64,000 bases of DNA from an uncultured virus (IMG/VR IMGVR_UViG_3300028299_000005) (taxonomy: Duplodnaviria > Heunggongvirae > Uroviricota > Caudoviricetes). The notes beneath the pieces were generated by a model. That model saw nothing but the letters and a program-made list of their open reading frames with translations. It searched no databases and was not told the origin of the DNA. A program made the position numbers and the translations under genes. This document shows, one piece after another, positions 1 to 8,004 of this stretch. Positions within the stretch are counted from its first letter, which is position 1. Each line of letters begins with the position of its first letter. The DNA is taken from IMG/VR virus record IMGVR_UViG_3300028299_000005; one strand, given 5' to 3'.

Positions 1-216
1 TTTAGAAGTGTAACCGTAGGAGAAAGAGATTAGTGTGATTAAAATCCGAATTGCGTCTGAACGCAATGAGATTTTATCACACGTAGTCTTTTTCCGAGCG
101 GATGCACTGTTTAAAGGCACAAACACCCCATTCGTGGTGTTTAATTTTATCCCCATGTCAACGAGAACGTTTCATTCTCTATAACATAAATATGTTATTT
201 TATAAACTATAGTTAA
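1..216 (-). ncRNA. Retron-like msr/msd cassette 1 (truncated by window edge)
   Basis: Minus strand: TTAACTATA+G (G=C207), hairpin 181-198, triloop hairpin GAGAATG-AAA-CGTTCTC (163-179), hairpin 121-142, then a ~100-nt imperfect hairpin 8-107 (apex ATTGCGT-CTGA-ACGCAAT). The partner inverted repeat would lie before position 1. Confidence 0.6.
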
Positions 217-225
217 TTTTTTTTT

Positions 226-388
226 CTAATTATACATAAGGTCCTAGGACCTATCTCATATATCTTTAAGGATATATGTTCTTATATCGCGAAGACTCAA
301 GTATGGGGACGCGGAATAAGGTGTGTAGACCAAAATAGCCTACCAACAAGAACGTTTCGTTCTTGAAAATACAATGTACTATAATTAG
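226..388 (-). ncRNA. Retron-like msr/msd cassette 2
   Basis: Perfect inverted repeat CTAATTATA (226-234)/TATAATTAG (380-388) with unpaired G directly after it on the minus strand (C379); hairpin CAAGAACG-AAA-CGTTCTTG (347-365); hairpin 325-343; msd-like hairpin ~232-305. Confidence 0.72.
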
Positions 389-603
389 TTAAAATATTTT
401 AATGCTTTTTCTTCTTGTAATGATAATCTATAATATTCAGATATTAAAGGCCGCAATTCACGAATTACTTTACGTGCAGGACGTCCATACTTTTTTATTC
501 CCATAAGAAAAAACCGTTTGTGAAAAGACTCAAATTCAGTAAATTTAGCGATTATGTCTTTTTTGATATCATTTGTAGTTCTTATGCTTGTATTTTGTTC
601 CAT
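385..603 (-). CDS. Small basic protein, possibly histone H1-like (Hc1-type) DNA-binding protein
   Basis: Probable ATG at 603; ...GIKKYGRPARKVIRELRPLISEYYRLSL resembles the GNKAAGTRARK...LKEFRKxSL pattern recalled for Hc1-like proteins. Confidence 0.45.
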   Translation of the reverse strand: MEQNTSIRTTNDIKKDIIAKFTEFESFHKRFFLMGIKKYGRPARKVIRELRPLISEYYRLSLQEEKALKYFN

Positions 604-1316
604 GTTTTTCCCCGTGTTGCTTTTGATCGCCAACACTTATTACAATATGTACAACTCTCATTATGAGCAAGAAGCCCACTATCACAAGGACACTGTGCTT
701 TTATATTTCGAGCTTTTAATCGTTCTTCTTTTGTTCGCCCAATTGTAAAAAATATATCAAAAAGATATCCTTCTTTTAGCCAATTTGAGCAATCTTCAGA
801 AAGTCCTGTAAACGCAAAAGATATATTTGAATGTGAACGATAGCTTTGTGCTACTTTATAATTGGCTAATATGTTTTGATTATCAAAACTAAGAAGGACG
901 TTTGTTAGATTTTCTAACTGTAATAATTTTTCTAATTCTTGATGCATGTTGGCACCCGTAAGATTTTTTGAAATAATATAAAACTTAAAAGTTAATTCTT
1001 TTAAAAATTGATAATGCTTCGAAACGTAATCTCCCGATCCATATATACGAACAGGCAATCTATTTAAACGCAAATATTGTTTAGCTTTACTGTTTCTTAG
1101 TTTTCCATACTCTGTGTTTAATTGTTGTGCAAATGTTTTCGGTTTCGTTGTTGCCCAGTTGCTATTTCTTTTCATTTTATTCCAGTAAGCCGGATAAATT
1201 CTTTCAAGATTTTCAACATAACAATAATCACATATTTGATTACATGTTGTAATTCTGTCAAAATCTATTGAAAGCACCGTTTTACTGTTATTAGTAAAAG
1301 CCTGCAGCTGCATCAA
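582..1316 (-). CDS. Fe-S/radical-SAM-like phage protein (gp88-like)
   Basis: CNQICDYCY (CxxxCxxC), RIYGSGD and C-terminal CPC...CTYCNKCW. Confidence 0.55.
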   Translation of the reverse strand: MMQLQAFTNNSKTVLSIDFDRITTCNQICDYCYVENLERIYPAYWNKMKRNSNWATTKPKTFAQQLNTEYGKLRNSKAKQYLRLNRLPVRIYGSGDYVSKHYQFLKELTFKFYIISKNLTGANMHQELEKLLQLENLTNVLLSFDNQNILANYKVAQSYRSHSNISFAFTGLSEDCSNWLKEGYLFDIFFTIGRTKEERLKARNIKAQCPCDSGLLAHNESCTYCNKCWRSKATRGKTWNKIQA

Positions 1317-1338
1317 CGAGTTTGGTTAACTTAATTTA

Positions 1339-1548
1339 TTATATTTGTATCTTTGCCTTTTTGTCGTATTTCTTAGAAACTCCTTTCATATAGTCCTCAT
1401 AACTCACAGGAATAATTGTAGATAAGTGAGAATCACGAATTTTTTTACTTATATTTAAAGCGTCAATAATATCATTACCGCGCACATATAAAATTCGTGA
1501 TTCACTTAATTTCTTTCCTGTTTCGAGACTAATCCTAAAATGTTGCAT
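1339..1548 (-). CDS. Hypothetical protein (69 aa)
   Basis: ORF in the same-strand run downstream of the RT. Confidence 0.55.
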   Translation of the reverse strand: MQHFRISLETGKKLSESRILYVRGNDIIDALNISKKIRDSHLSTIIPVSYEDYMKGVSKKYDKKAKIQI

Positions 1549-1576
1549 TGTGTATATTTTCCGTATTTTGTGTGTT

Positions 1577-1732
1577 TACTTTATGTTGTCCGTTGCGGTG
1601 TTTGTTCTATTCCATGTTTCTTTCTGTCAAAACAACAACTAATTTTGCTAAGGCTACTAACAAAATAAGCCATGTTTGCTTTGATAAAGCGCTATAGAAC
1701 ATAACTGCTTTCCTCGGTTTGTCAATAAAGTA
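1577..1732 (-). ncRNA. Structured RNA, possible retron-like cassette 5
   Basis: Nested inverted repeats TACTTTAT/ATAAAGTA, GCGGT/ACTGC and TGTTCTAT (1603-1610)/ATAGAACA (1694-1701); CTATAG at the stem end (G=C1692) followed by GCTTT-ATC-AAAGC and a second hairpin. Confidence 0.5.
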
Positions 1733-1741
1733 TGTATATAT

Positions 1742-2341
1742 TTAGTTCATTATTTTTTTTTGAGGAACTTCTATTGTACAATACATAAATAAAAATCTTC
1801 TACATTCATTTAAAAGCTTATGAATCTGTATTTTTATTTTTTTAATATCTGTTGTACCCAAAGTACTAAAGATAGTTGTTTTATTTTCAGCCCAGTGGTA
1901 ACTAAAACCGCGTTGTTTTATAATGTGCCCTGCATCGGGAACCTTATAAAAACTTTGTTTTAGTCCTAGACGTCTGCGACCTTTTGCATTTTGTATGAAA
2001 AGTCGCATATATTCATTTTTTGAAAATCTTGCTAATTCATGAAATTCGTGTTTTGCTATACCCTTGAAACTAATAAATTGAGTTTGTGGTGTTCTAAGCT
2101 GACCCCACCCAAATGGTAAATAAATTTCTAGATATGCAGGGCATTCCAAAGCATTATATGTTTCTAATACTTTTAAGAAATCACTTTCCCAAAAGCTGTC
2201 AGAAGTTGTTTTCCCCTGCTGGGGTTCAATCCGTTGATCCACTCTATCTGTCCTCTCAAAACCTGCCGATCCTTTGATGACAGCTTGTTGGAATCTTTTA
2301 ATAGATTGAATAGCTGCGCTCTCAGATTTTTCCATTTCCAT
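1742..2341 (-). CDS. Hypothetical protein directly downstream of and overlapping the RT; start uncertain
   Basis: 199-aa ORF overlapping the RT 3' end by 169 nt; no recognisable motif. Confidence 0.5.
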   Translation of the reverse strand: MEMEKSESAAIQSIKRFQQAVIKGSAGFERTDRVDQRIEPQQGKTTSDSFWESDFLKVLETYNALECPAYLEIYLPFGWGQLRTPQTQFISFKGIAKHEFHELARFSKNEYMRLFIQNAKGRRRLGLKQSFYKVPDAGHIIKQRGFSYHWAENKTTIFSTLGTTDIKKIKIQIHKLLNECRRFLFMYCTIEVPQKKIMN

Positions 2342-3075
2342 TTAGGAACTCCTAATTTATCATTTATTACAATCCCGGTTACACTCATTCTTCTATGTGG
2401 GCGCATAATTCGGGTCTTTTTATAATTTAATTTAAAACCTTGTGTCTTTATTATACCAATAATTTCAGAAATATCTTCTATTGTAAATTCATAATTTTTT
2501 GCTGGATGCGAGAATGTAAGATCATCTGCATAACGTGTATAAACCAAACCACGTTTTTTACTAAATGTTTGCAGAGCAATATCCATCTTCATACAAATTA
2601 AATTAGCTAATGCAGGACTGGTCGGTGCGCCTTGTGGTAATCTATATTTATATGTAACAAGTTCAGCTAATATAATTGCCGTATTTGTAGTAAATTGAAA
2701 ATCTGGCTCCCGTTGTTTAAGTTTTGATCCTAAATATGTAATTTCTCTAATCACATGATTAAAATTTATTGAATGGAAAAAATTACTAAGATCCATACAT
2801 AAAATAACTTTATTTCCTAGATGTCTTTTTGCTCCTGTTGCAACTCCATAATTTTTACGAAATCCTACTGCTGCTCCATGTGGTCTAAATCTATATAAAA
2901 ATTTATAAAGGATGGCGACCTGAATACTTTTTAATTCTTCTTGTGGTGCATCAATCCAGCGATTCTTTTTATTAGCTTTTAAAATTGGATAACTTAAATA
3001 ATGGTTTTTTTTATTCATTATTATTACTTGAAGTTCTTCTACCGTTTTACCCAATAAATTATATATTGTTGTCAT
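2173..3075 (-). CDS. Retron-type reverse transcriptase
   Basis: YADD catalytic motif (YTRYADDLTFS), LPQGAPTSPALAN, DLSNFF, region-X-like GAKRH (NAxxH) and region-Y VTG (RMSVTGIVIN); ~300 aa with no maturase or nuclease domain. ATG 3075 preferred over TTG 3105. Confidence 0.92.
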   Translation of the reverse strand: MTTIYNLLGKTVEELQVIIMNKKNHYLSYPILKANKKNRWIDAPQEELKSIQVAILYKFLYRFRPHGAAVGFRKNYGVATGAKRHLGNKVILCMDLSNFFHSINFNHVIREITYLGSKLKQREPDFQFTTNTAIILAELVTYKYRLPQGAPTSPALANLICMKMDIALQTFSKKRGLVYTRYADDLTFSHPAKNYEFTIEDISEIIGIIKTQGFKLNYKKTRIMRPHRRMSVTGIVINDKLGVPKWKWKNLRAQLFNLLKDSNKLSSKDRQVLRGQIEWINGLNPSRGKQLLTAFGKVIS

Positions 3076-3097
3076 TTGTTTAGTTATCTTTTTTATA

Positions 3098-3119
3098 GGG
3101 CGCAACTAAGGCTGCGCCC
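3098..3119. other. GC-rich hairpin between ncRNA cassette 3 and the RT start
   Basis: GGGCGCA-ACTAAGGC-TGCGCCC. Confidence 0.6.
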
Positions 3120-3121
3120 TT

Positions 3122-3296
3122 CAGTTATACTAAGCTGTGCTACAATCACTTGTAGACAGCTTTTCTAGTAAAGTTCCTTTAAATATCAATTGTCATATTG
3201 ATAGTTTGAACTATGATTTCTCCAAGAACGATTCATTCCTTGTAATGCCTACCATTTCTTTAGTGTTTGAAACTATTAAAACGGTATCTATAACTG
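3122..3296 (-). ncRNA. Retron-like msr/msd cassette 3 (immediately upstream of RT)
   Basis: Perfect inverted repeat CAGTTATA (3122-3129)/TATAACTG (3289-3296) with G after it (C3288); hairpin CAAGGAATG-AAT-CGTTCTTG (3223-3242); msd-like hairpin AGCTGT-GCTACAA-TCAC-TTGTAG-ACAGCT (~3128-3170). Confidence 0.78.
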
Positions 3297-3464
3297 TACT
3301 ATGGATACACCTGAGTGATCCGTCTTTTATGTCTCTTGTCAATTATTTAAACAACCGCAGAGTTTACGGTTGTTTCTAAATAATTGCATGGTATTGCATA
3401 TTACCATTTGATCTTAGAAGGGCGAAACATCCTTCTTGTATGTGAATACTAATCAACTACAGTA
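3297..3464 (-). ncRNA. Retron-like msr/msd cassette 4
   Basis: Short terminal pairing TACTGT/ATAGTA followed by AG (G=C3457); hairpin AGAAGGATG-TTT-CGCCCTTCT (3416-3436); hairpin 3388-3407; long hairpin CAATTATTTA-AACAACCG...CGGTTGTT-TAAATAATTG (3340-3386). Confidence 0.6.
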
Positions 3465-3478
3465 TATTTATTTTTTTA

Positions 3479-6095
3479 TTACATATGAGAAAAAATAGTA
3501 ATAGCCAGTTTATCGGCGTGACTTTGCCGTAAATCACTTAAAATTGTAACACTATCTGAAAATTCATCCAGCGACGATCTTGAATTTTCATAAGAATTAA
3601 TTAAGATAGAATAGATCTTTACATTGTTTGCTTTTTTCCAAACTTTATATTCCTTTAACCAAGAATCCCGCACAGTACATAAACCATCTGTAATAAAAAT
3701 AATATCGCTTTTGGAAAATTCACGGCGATCTGTAATTGTGTCTCTAGCTAGGTCAAGTGCGGGTTCAAATTTTGTTCCTCCGCCGCTAAAATACATAGCC
3801 ATATCAAGTACTTCCTTTATTTTGTAAGATTCTTTTGCTGGAAAATAATTTGTATAAAGACTTTCTTTAGAGCCCGCATCATAATGAATTACAAGGAAAG
3901 CTCGTTTTTGGGCGCGTGCCAGGTCTAGTAAGCCGACTGCTACGGCTTTTGACCATCAGATTGTTAACCTAAAAGTTTTTTATCTTTTAGTTCTATATAT
4001 TACTATATAGCTCGGCATATATTTTCACCTGTTCTAGATGTCGGACACTCGTGGCAAGTTTATTGCTAGCTTAACGCTCACTTGCTATGCTCTACGGTGC
4101 TAAATGCTAATTAGTTACCTCGGTACTGTCCCTTAGGAGTTCCACCGATTTTGCCCGATTATTATTCTTAATATTCCTATTAAGAACGGCATGTAATTGA
4201 TTTTCTATTTTTTCTAAATTATTATAAAAATCGTATTCCCATATAACCAAAAAATTATATAATTTTGATTTTACATAGGCTTCTTTTCGCATATCTCTAC
4301 ATATATTATCTTTTTGAGTTTTATACAAAGGGCCATTGACATAAATTTTTGGGTTACAGTGCCAATAATCTCCATGTGTTTCGATAATTAGATTATGCTC
4401 TTTTAAATAAAAATCCGCTCTATATTTCCAAACTTTAAATTGTTCTTCAAACTGAAAGTTTAAACGACAAAGAAAAGCTTTAAAATCTATCTCAAGTTGC
4501 GATGCTTTTTTGGTCTTTATTCCCAACAAATGAAGCTGTATTTTAATAGTTTTTGGTGTACGTTTTAGAGTGGTAGCAAGATCGTCTATAGACATTGTAA
4601 AAACATTCTTTTTCAAAAAAGAGTATTCTTTTTGAGTCCATCGTTCTTTTCTTACCTTGCCCAATTCCCACAATTTATTATAAATTGCGCTATGACTTCT
4701 ATTTAGAAATTTAGATATTGTTTTTATATCTTCAGAAGAATTATATAATTTTATTAAAAGGTTCAAATCATCTTTACCCCAATCTGCCTTTTGTGTACTT
4801 ATTTTTCTTCCTAGACGCTTTTCTTCACGTCTTTTTCGAAAAATAGAATTACACTCTTTGCACATTGCCTGTAAATATTTGCCCTTTTGTCTTGTATAAA
4901 AATCTGTTTTTAATTTAGTTTTTTTACATTTACTACATTTTTTTGTATTCATATCTTTATATAACATACAATCTAGTAAATGTCAATCAATTTTTTTAGT
5001 TACCTCTGGTTCGCCTGACATAGATCCCGAATTATCTATACAACAAATAATTGGACCTTTTGCTTTTCGTTCTTTTCCTCTGTATTCATACTGCATTAGG
5101 CTTTTTTCAGCATACCCCTTATAAAACAGTTTTTTTAATATGGGATGCTTTATCTTCATAAGTTCAGAAGGAAGAAGTCGTGATAAATTATTGCCAGTCT
5201 TTATTTTATAAAGACTTTCAATTCCTCGTTTAACTTTTTCTCTCATAGTTGAGAGTGCCATTCTACGATATCGTCCGGCTAAAGCAGCAATTCGTTTCAG
5301 TTTCTCTGAACTTTTTAATTCATTTATTAATTTAATTTTTTCTTGATATCCAGTTGTCGAATATGTCGCATCTTGTTCTAATCCCCAATTAGTAATTAAA
5401 TCGGAAGTTTCAGTTGTTTGTGAAATAGCATAATCTAACATTTTAGTTGTAGCTCTTTTAACTCGACGCTGGCGTTTATCTTTATGTGTTTTCATATATT
5501 CTTCTAAACGTTTTTTCGCTTCTTTTAGAGTCCACTCCTTCTCTGCATCTGCTTTCTGCCTAGCCGTCTGTTTTTCTTCATCCGTAGCTTCACCTTCATC
5601 TATTTCTTTTTGTTTTTGTTTTAGCTTTTTATCTGCATCTTTTTGTGCCTGTTGCAAAGCATCTGCTGCGACTTGCATCTGTTTTTCAAACTCTTCCTGT
5701 AATTCCTCAATTAATTTTTTTACTTCTTCACCTAAAATTTGAGTGCCTATCGTGGATTGAATTATATCTAGTTTTGTTAAATTTCGTAATTCTCTATATT
5801 TAACAGAACTCATTAAACTATCCATGACTTGACTATTTAGAAGATAGTCGTAATCAATATCTTTTTCATCATATTTTTCAGGTGAGTATTTGTAAAGAGA
5901 ATCAAAAACATCTTGATGCAACTCTTTAAATGGAGGATATTTTTTCTGGCCTTCCTTATAAGTATCAGCAATATTAGGATTATAAAACAATACTTCTTTA
6001 AATGCTCTTTTATCAAAAGCATCTAATTTTACGACATTTTTTTTGATACGAACTTCTTTTGTAATGTCGGTTATTTTTATAGATAATTTTCGCAT
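3479..6095 (-). CDS. VWA (ViaA/CoxE-like) protein, spliced join(5002-6095, 3479-3956)
   Basis: MIDAS DNSGS in exon 1; splicing gives SGEPEV|WSKAVAVGL and continues in frame to GGGTKFE and IIFITDG; adjacent to a MoxR AAA+ gene. Confidence 0.88.
4107..4952 (-). CDS. Intron-encoded homing endonuclease (Vsr/DUF559-like PD-(D/E)XK)
   Basis: CxxC Zn finger, W-repeat helices, ADFYL...IETHGDYWH...LVIWE; ATG 4952 lies just after a TTGACA-N17-TATATA promoter. Confidence 0.8.
   Translation of the reverse strand: MNTKKCSKCKKTKLKTDFYTRQKGKYLQAMCKECNSIFRKRREEKRLGRKISTQKADWGKDDLNLLIKLYNSSEDIKTISKFLNRSHSAIYNKLWELGKVRKERWTQKEYSFLKKNVFTMSIDDLATTLKRTPKTIKIQLHLLGIKTKKASQLEIDFKAFLCRLNFQFEEQFKVWKYRADFYLKEHNLIIETHGDYWHCNPKIYVNGPLYKTQKDNICRDMRKEAYVKSKLYNFLVIWEYDFYNNLEKIENQLHAVLNRNIKNNNRAKSVELLRDSTEVTN
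4958..4986 (-). promoter_or_regulatory. sigma70-type promoter for the intron endonuclease
   Basis: TTGACA-17 nt-TATATA. Confidence 0.65.
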
Positions 6096-6104
6096 AAATT
6101 ATAC

Positions 6105-7244
6105 CTACTTTTTATCTTTAAAATTTAAACCAACTGCAGCAAAAATATCAGAAAGATAGTCTTCAATTTTGGTTTGAAGTCCTATTAATGACTTTACATC
6201 TTTTTTACGACTTTTAAGATTTACTTCATATTCATGAAGTTTACTTTTAGCTCCTTTTAATTTATTTACAATTTCTACAGCTTTAGTGGTTAAAGATGCT
6301 TCTTTTGGATCTAAGTCCATAAATTCTTTATATATATCCGTTGCATCATCAAAAAGCTCATCAATCTTATTTTTATCTGGATTAATCTTTGTTAAGATAT
6401 GACTATAAATAGTTTTTCGATGGTCTGGATCAGACCATAAGCAATGTTGAAGAATATCAAAATCCTCTTCATTTACTTTTGAGCGTCCATTAAAATAAGC
6501 CTCTGCCTTTAAAATGTTTCGAGCTACCATATAGGTTCTATCAGAAACATACGTACCATCCGCTCCAATCAAAGTTCTTAGATCTGTCAGTAATTTTTTA
6601 TCTGCATCAGTCATTATAACTTTTTTTGTTTCTTCTTGCGCGACCCGCATTTCATCTAATGTTAAAATAGGCGATTCTTCAAAATTAGGTAAGGTTAACA
6701 TCTTAATAAAATTTGAAGACTCTGCAATAGGTTGCGTTGAAAATTTGATAACAAATCTATCTAACATTGCATCAAGATCATCTCCTTCTTCTGGTAATTC
6801 GTTGGAAGCGCCAACTAAAGACAGTAAAGGTACTTTTTCAGGAATACCATTATTATAAAAAATTCTTTCATTCATTATAGTTAATAAAAAGTTTGCTACT
6901 CCAGTGTTACCTTTATATACTTCATCAATAAAAGCAAAGTCTGCTTCAGGAAGCATTGCTGCTGTAGCACGTATATATTGATCATCTTCCAATCCTCTTA
7001 AAGAAAAAGGACCTGCAAGTTCTTCAGGCGTTGAAAATTGGTTTAACATCCAACTAAAATACTTTGCACCGGAAATTAATCTGCTATAATAATTTACTAA
7101 TAAAGATTTTGCTATTCCTGGCCGTCCTAAAAATAATACATTAGCGCCCGCTAAAATTCCAAGCGTAATTCCATGAATTTCCTGGTCTCTTTCAATTAGA
7201 TATTTATTTAATATTTTTTCAACCTGTTGAAATTTCTTATACAT
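6105..7244 (-). CDS. MoxR/RavA-family AAA+ ATPase
   Basis: Walker A GRPGIAKS, FSTPEELAGP, Walker B AFIDEV, ASNELP, MLDRF, VSDR. Confidence 0.9.
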   Translation of the reverse strand: MYKKFQQVEKILNKYLIERDQEIHGITLGILAGANVLFLGRPGIAKSLLVNYYSRLISGAKYFSWMLNQFSTPEELAGPFSLRGLEDDQYIRATAAMLPEADFAFIDEVYKGNTGVANFLLTIMNERIFYNNGIPEKVPLLSLVGASNELPEEGDDLDAMLDRFVIKFSTQPIAESSNFIKMLTLPNFEESPILTLDEMRVAQEETKKVIMTDADKKLLTDLRTLIGADGTYVSDRTYMVARNILKAEAYFNGRSKVNEEDFDILQHCLWSDPDHRKTIYSHILTKINPDKNKIDELFDDATDIYKEFMDLDPKEASLTTKAVEIVNKLKGAKSKLHEYEVNLKSRKKDVKSLIGLQTKIEDYLSDIFAAVGLNFKDKK

Positions 7245-7632
7245 TCATTCCTCGTGTAATCATTTGTATTTGTTTTGGAAAATTTATTGACATCTGTCTT
7301 CGTTCTTGACAAAAAACTAAATATTTATGTTTTATGTCAATATGTGCTTCTGTTTCCTTTTTTTTAATTTCATAAATTAAATCATTGATAGTATCAAATT
7401 CATGGGGATATATGTTACATATATAATCTTTAACAGATGCATGTACATCTGAAAATGCAACCTGTATATATGTAACAAGTCCCAACGTAGTTTCGAATAC
7501 CGATATTACAAAATTCCCTAGATGCTTACTTGTCGAAGATACCGTTATAGCATTAGAGTTTGTTCCGCAAATTTTAAATTTATTTGTCTTCAGATTCTTG
7601 AGTATCAGTTTTGTCAGTTTTTTTGTTGTCAT
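7237..7632 (-). CDS. Hypothetical protein
   Basis: 131-aa ORF coupled to the AAA+ gene. Confidence 0.55.
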   Translation of the reverse strand: MTTKKLTKLILKNLKTNKFKICGTNSNAITVSSTSKHLGNFVISVFETTLGLVTYIQVAFSDVHASVKDYICNIYPHEFDTINDLIYEIKKKETEAHIDIKHKYLVFCQERRQMSINFPKQIQMITRGMNV

Positions 7633-7872
7633 TTTTTTGTTTTTTAGGTCCTAATGCTAAAGTTAAAGCCAAATCACAAATACTGTCTACAACAGCTTTT
7701 ATTTGGTCTCTAAATTTATCATTATTATTATTCTCTGTCATTCTTTTTTTTTCATTGATTTTTAATTTAGAGAAAAAACGACAAAAAAAATGTTTCTTCT
7801 CATAATGCTCTATTATAAACAGACGTTATTTTTTTCCTGGGATTATATATATACTATCGTTCATTTATGTCC

Positions 7873-7901
7873 TTGATTTTCTCTGTTCTATTGCTTATAT
7901 T
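7873..7901 (+). promoter_or_regulatory. sigma70-like promoter upstream of the RNAP gene
   Basis: TTGATT-17 nt-TATATT, same architecture as other promoters in the window. Confidence 0.5.
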
Positions 7902-8004
7902 TAAATGAATAGAACTTTTTTAGGTATATAATATCCGGAATTGAAAACGTCTCTGCTGGGACAAGATTCTTATACCCAAATTAACGCCAAAATATTAAGG
8001 TAAA

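Larger units (their letters stand above)
3957..5001 (-). mobile_element. Group I intron in the VWA gene with an endonuclease ORF
   Basis: 5' exon ends in U, intron ends in G; core-like elements AAATCGGTGGAA, GTACCGAGG, CGTAGAGCATA, AAATATATGCC; removal restores the frame. Confidence 0.85.

Noticed and set aside
2173..3105. RT as group II intron, DGR or CRISPR-associated
   Set aside because: No maturase or endonuclease domain, no TR/VR pair seen, no cas1 or array; retron X/Y motifs are present.
3137..3379. 80-aa plus-strand ORF upstream of the RT
   Set aside because: Antisense to the structured cassettes, with a GTG start and no recognisable features.
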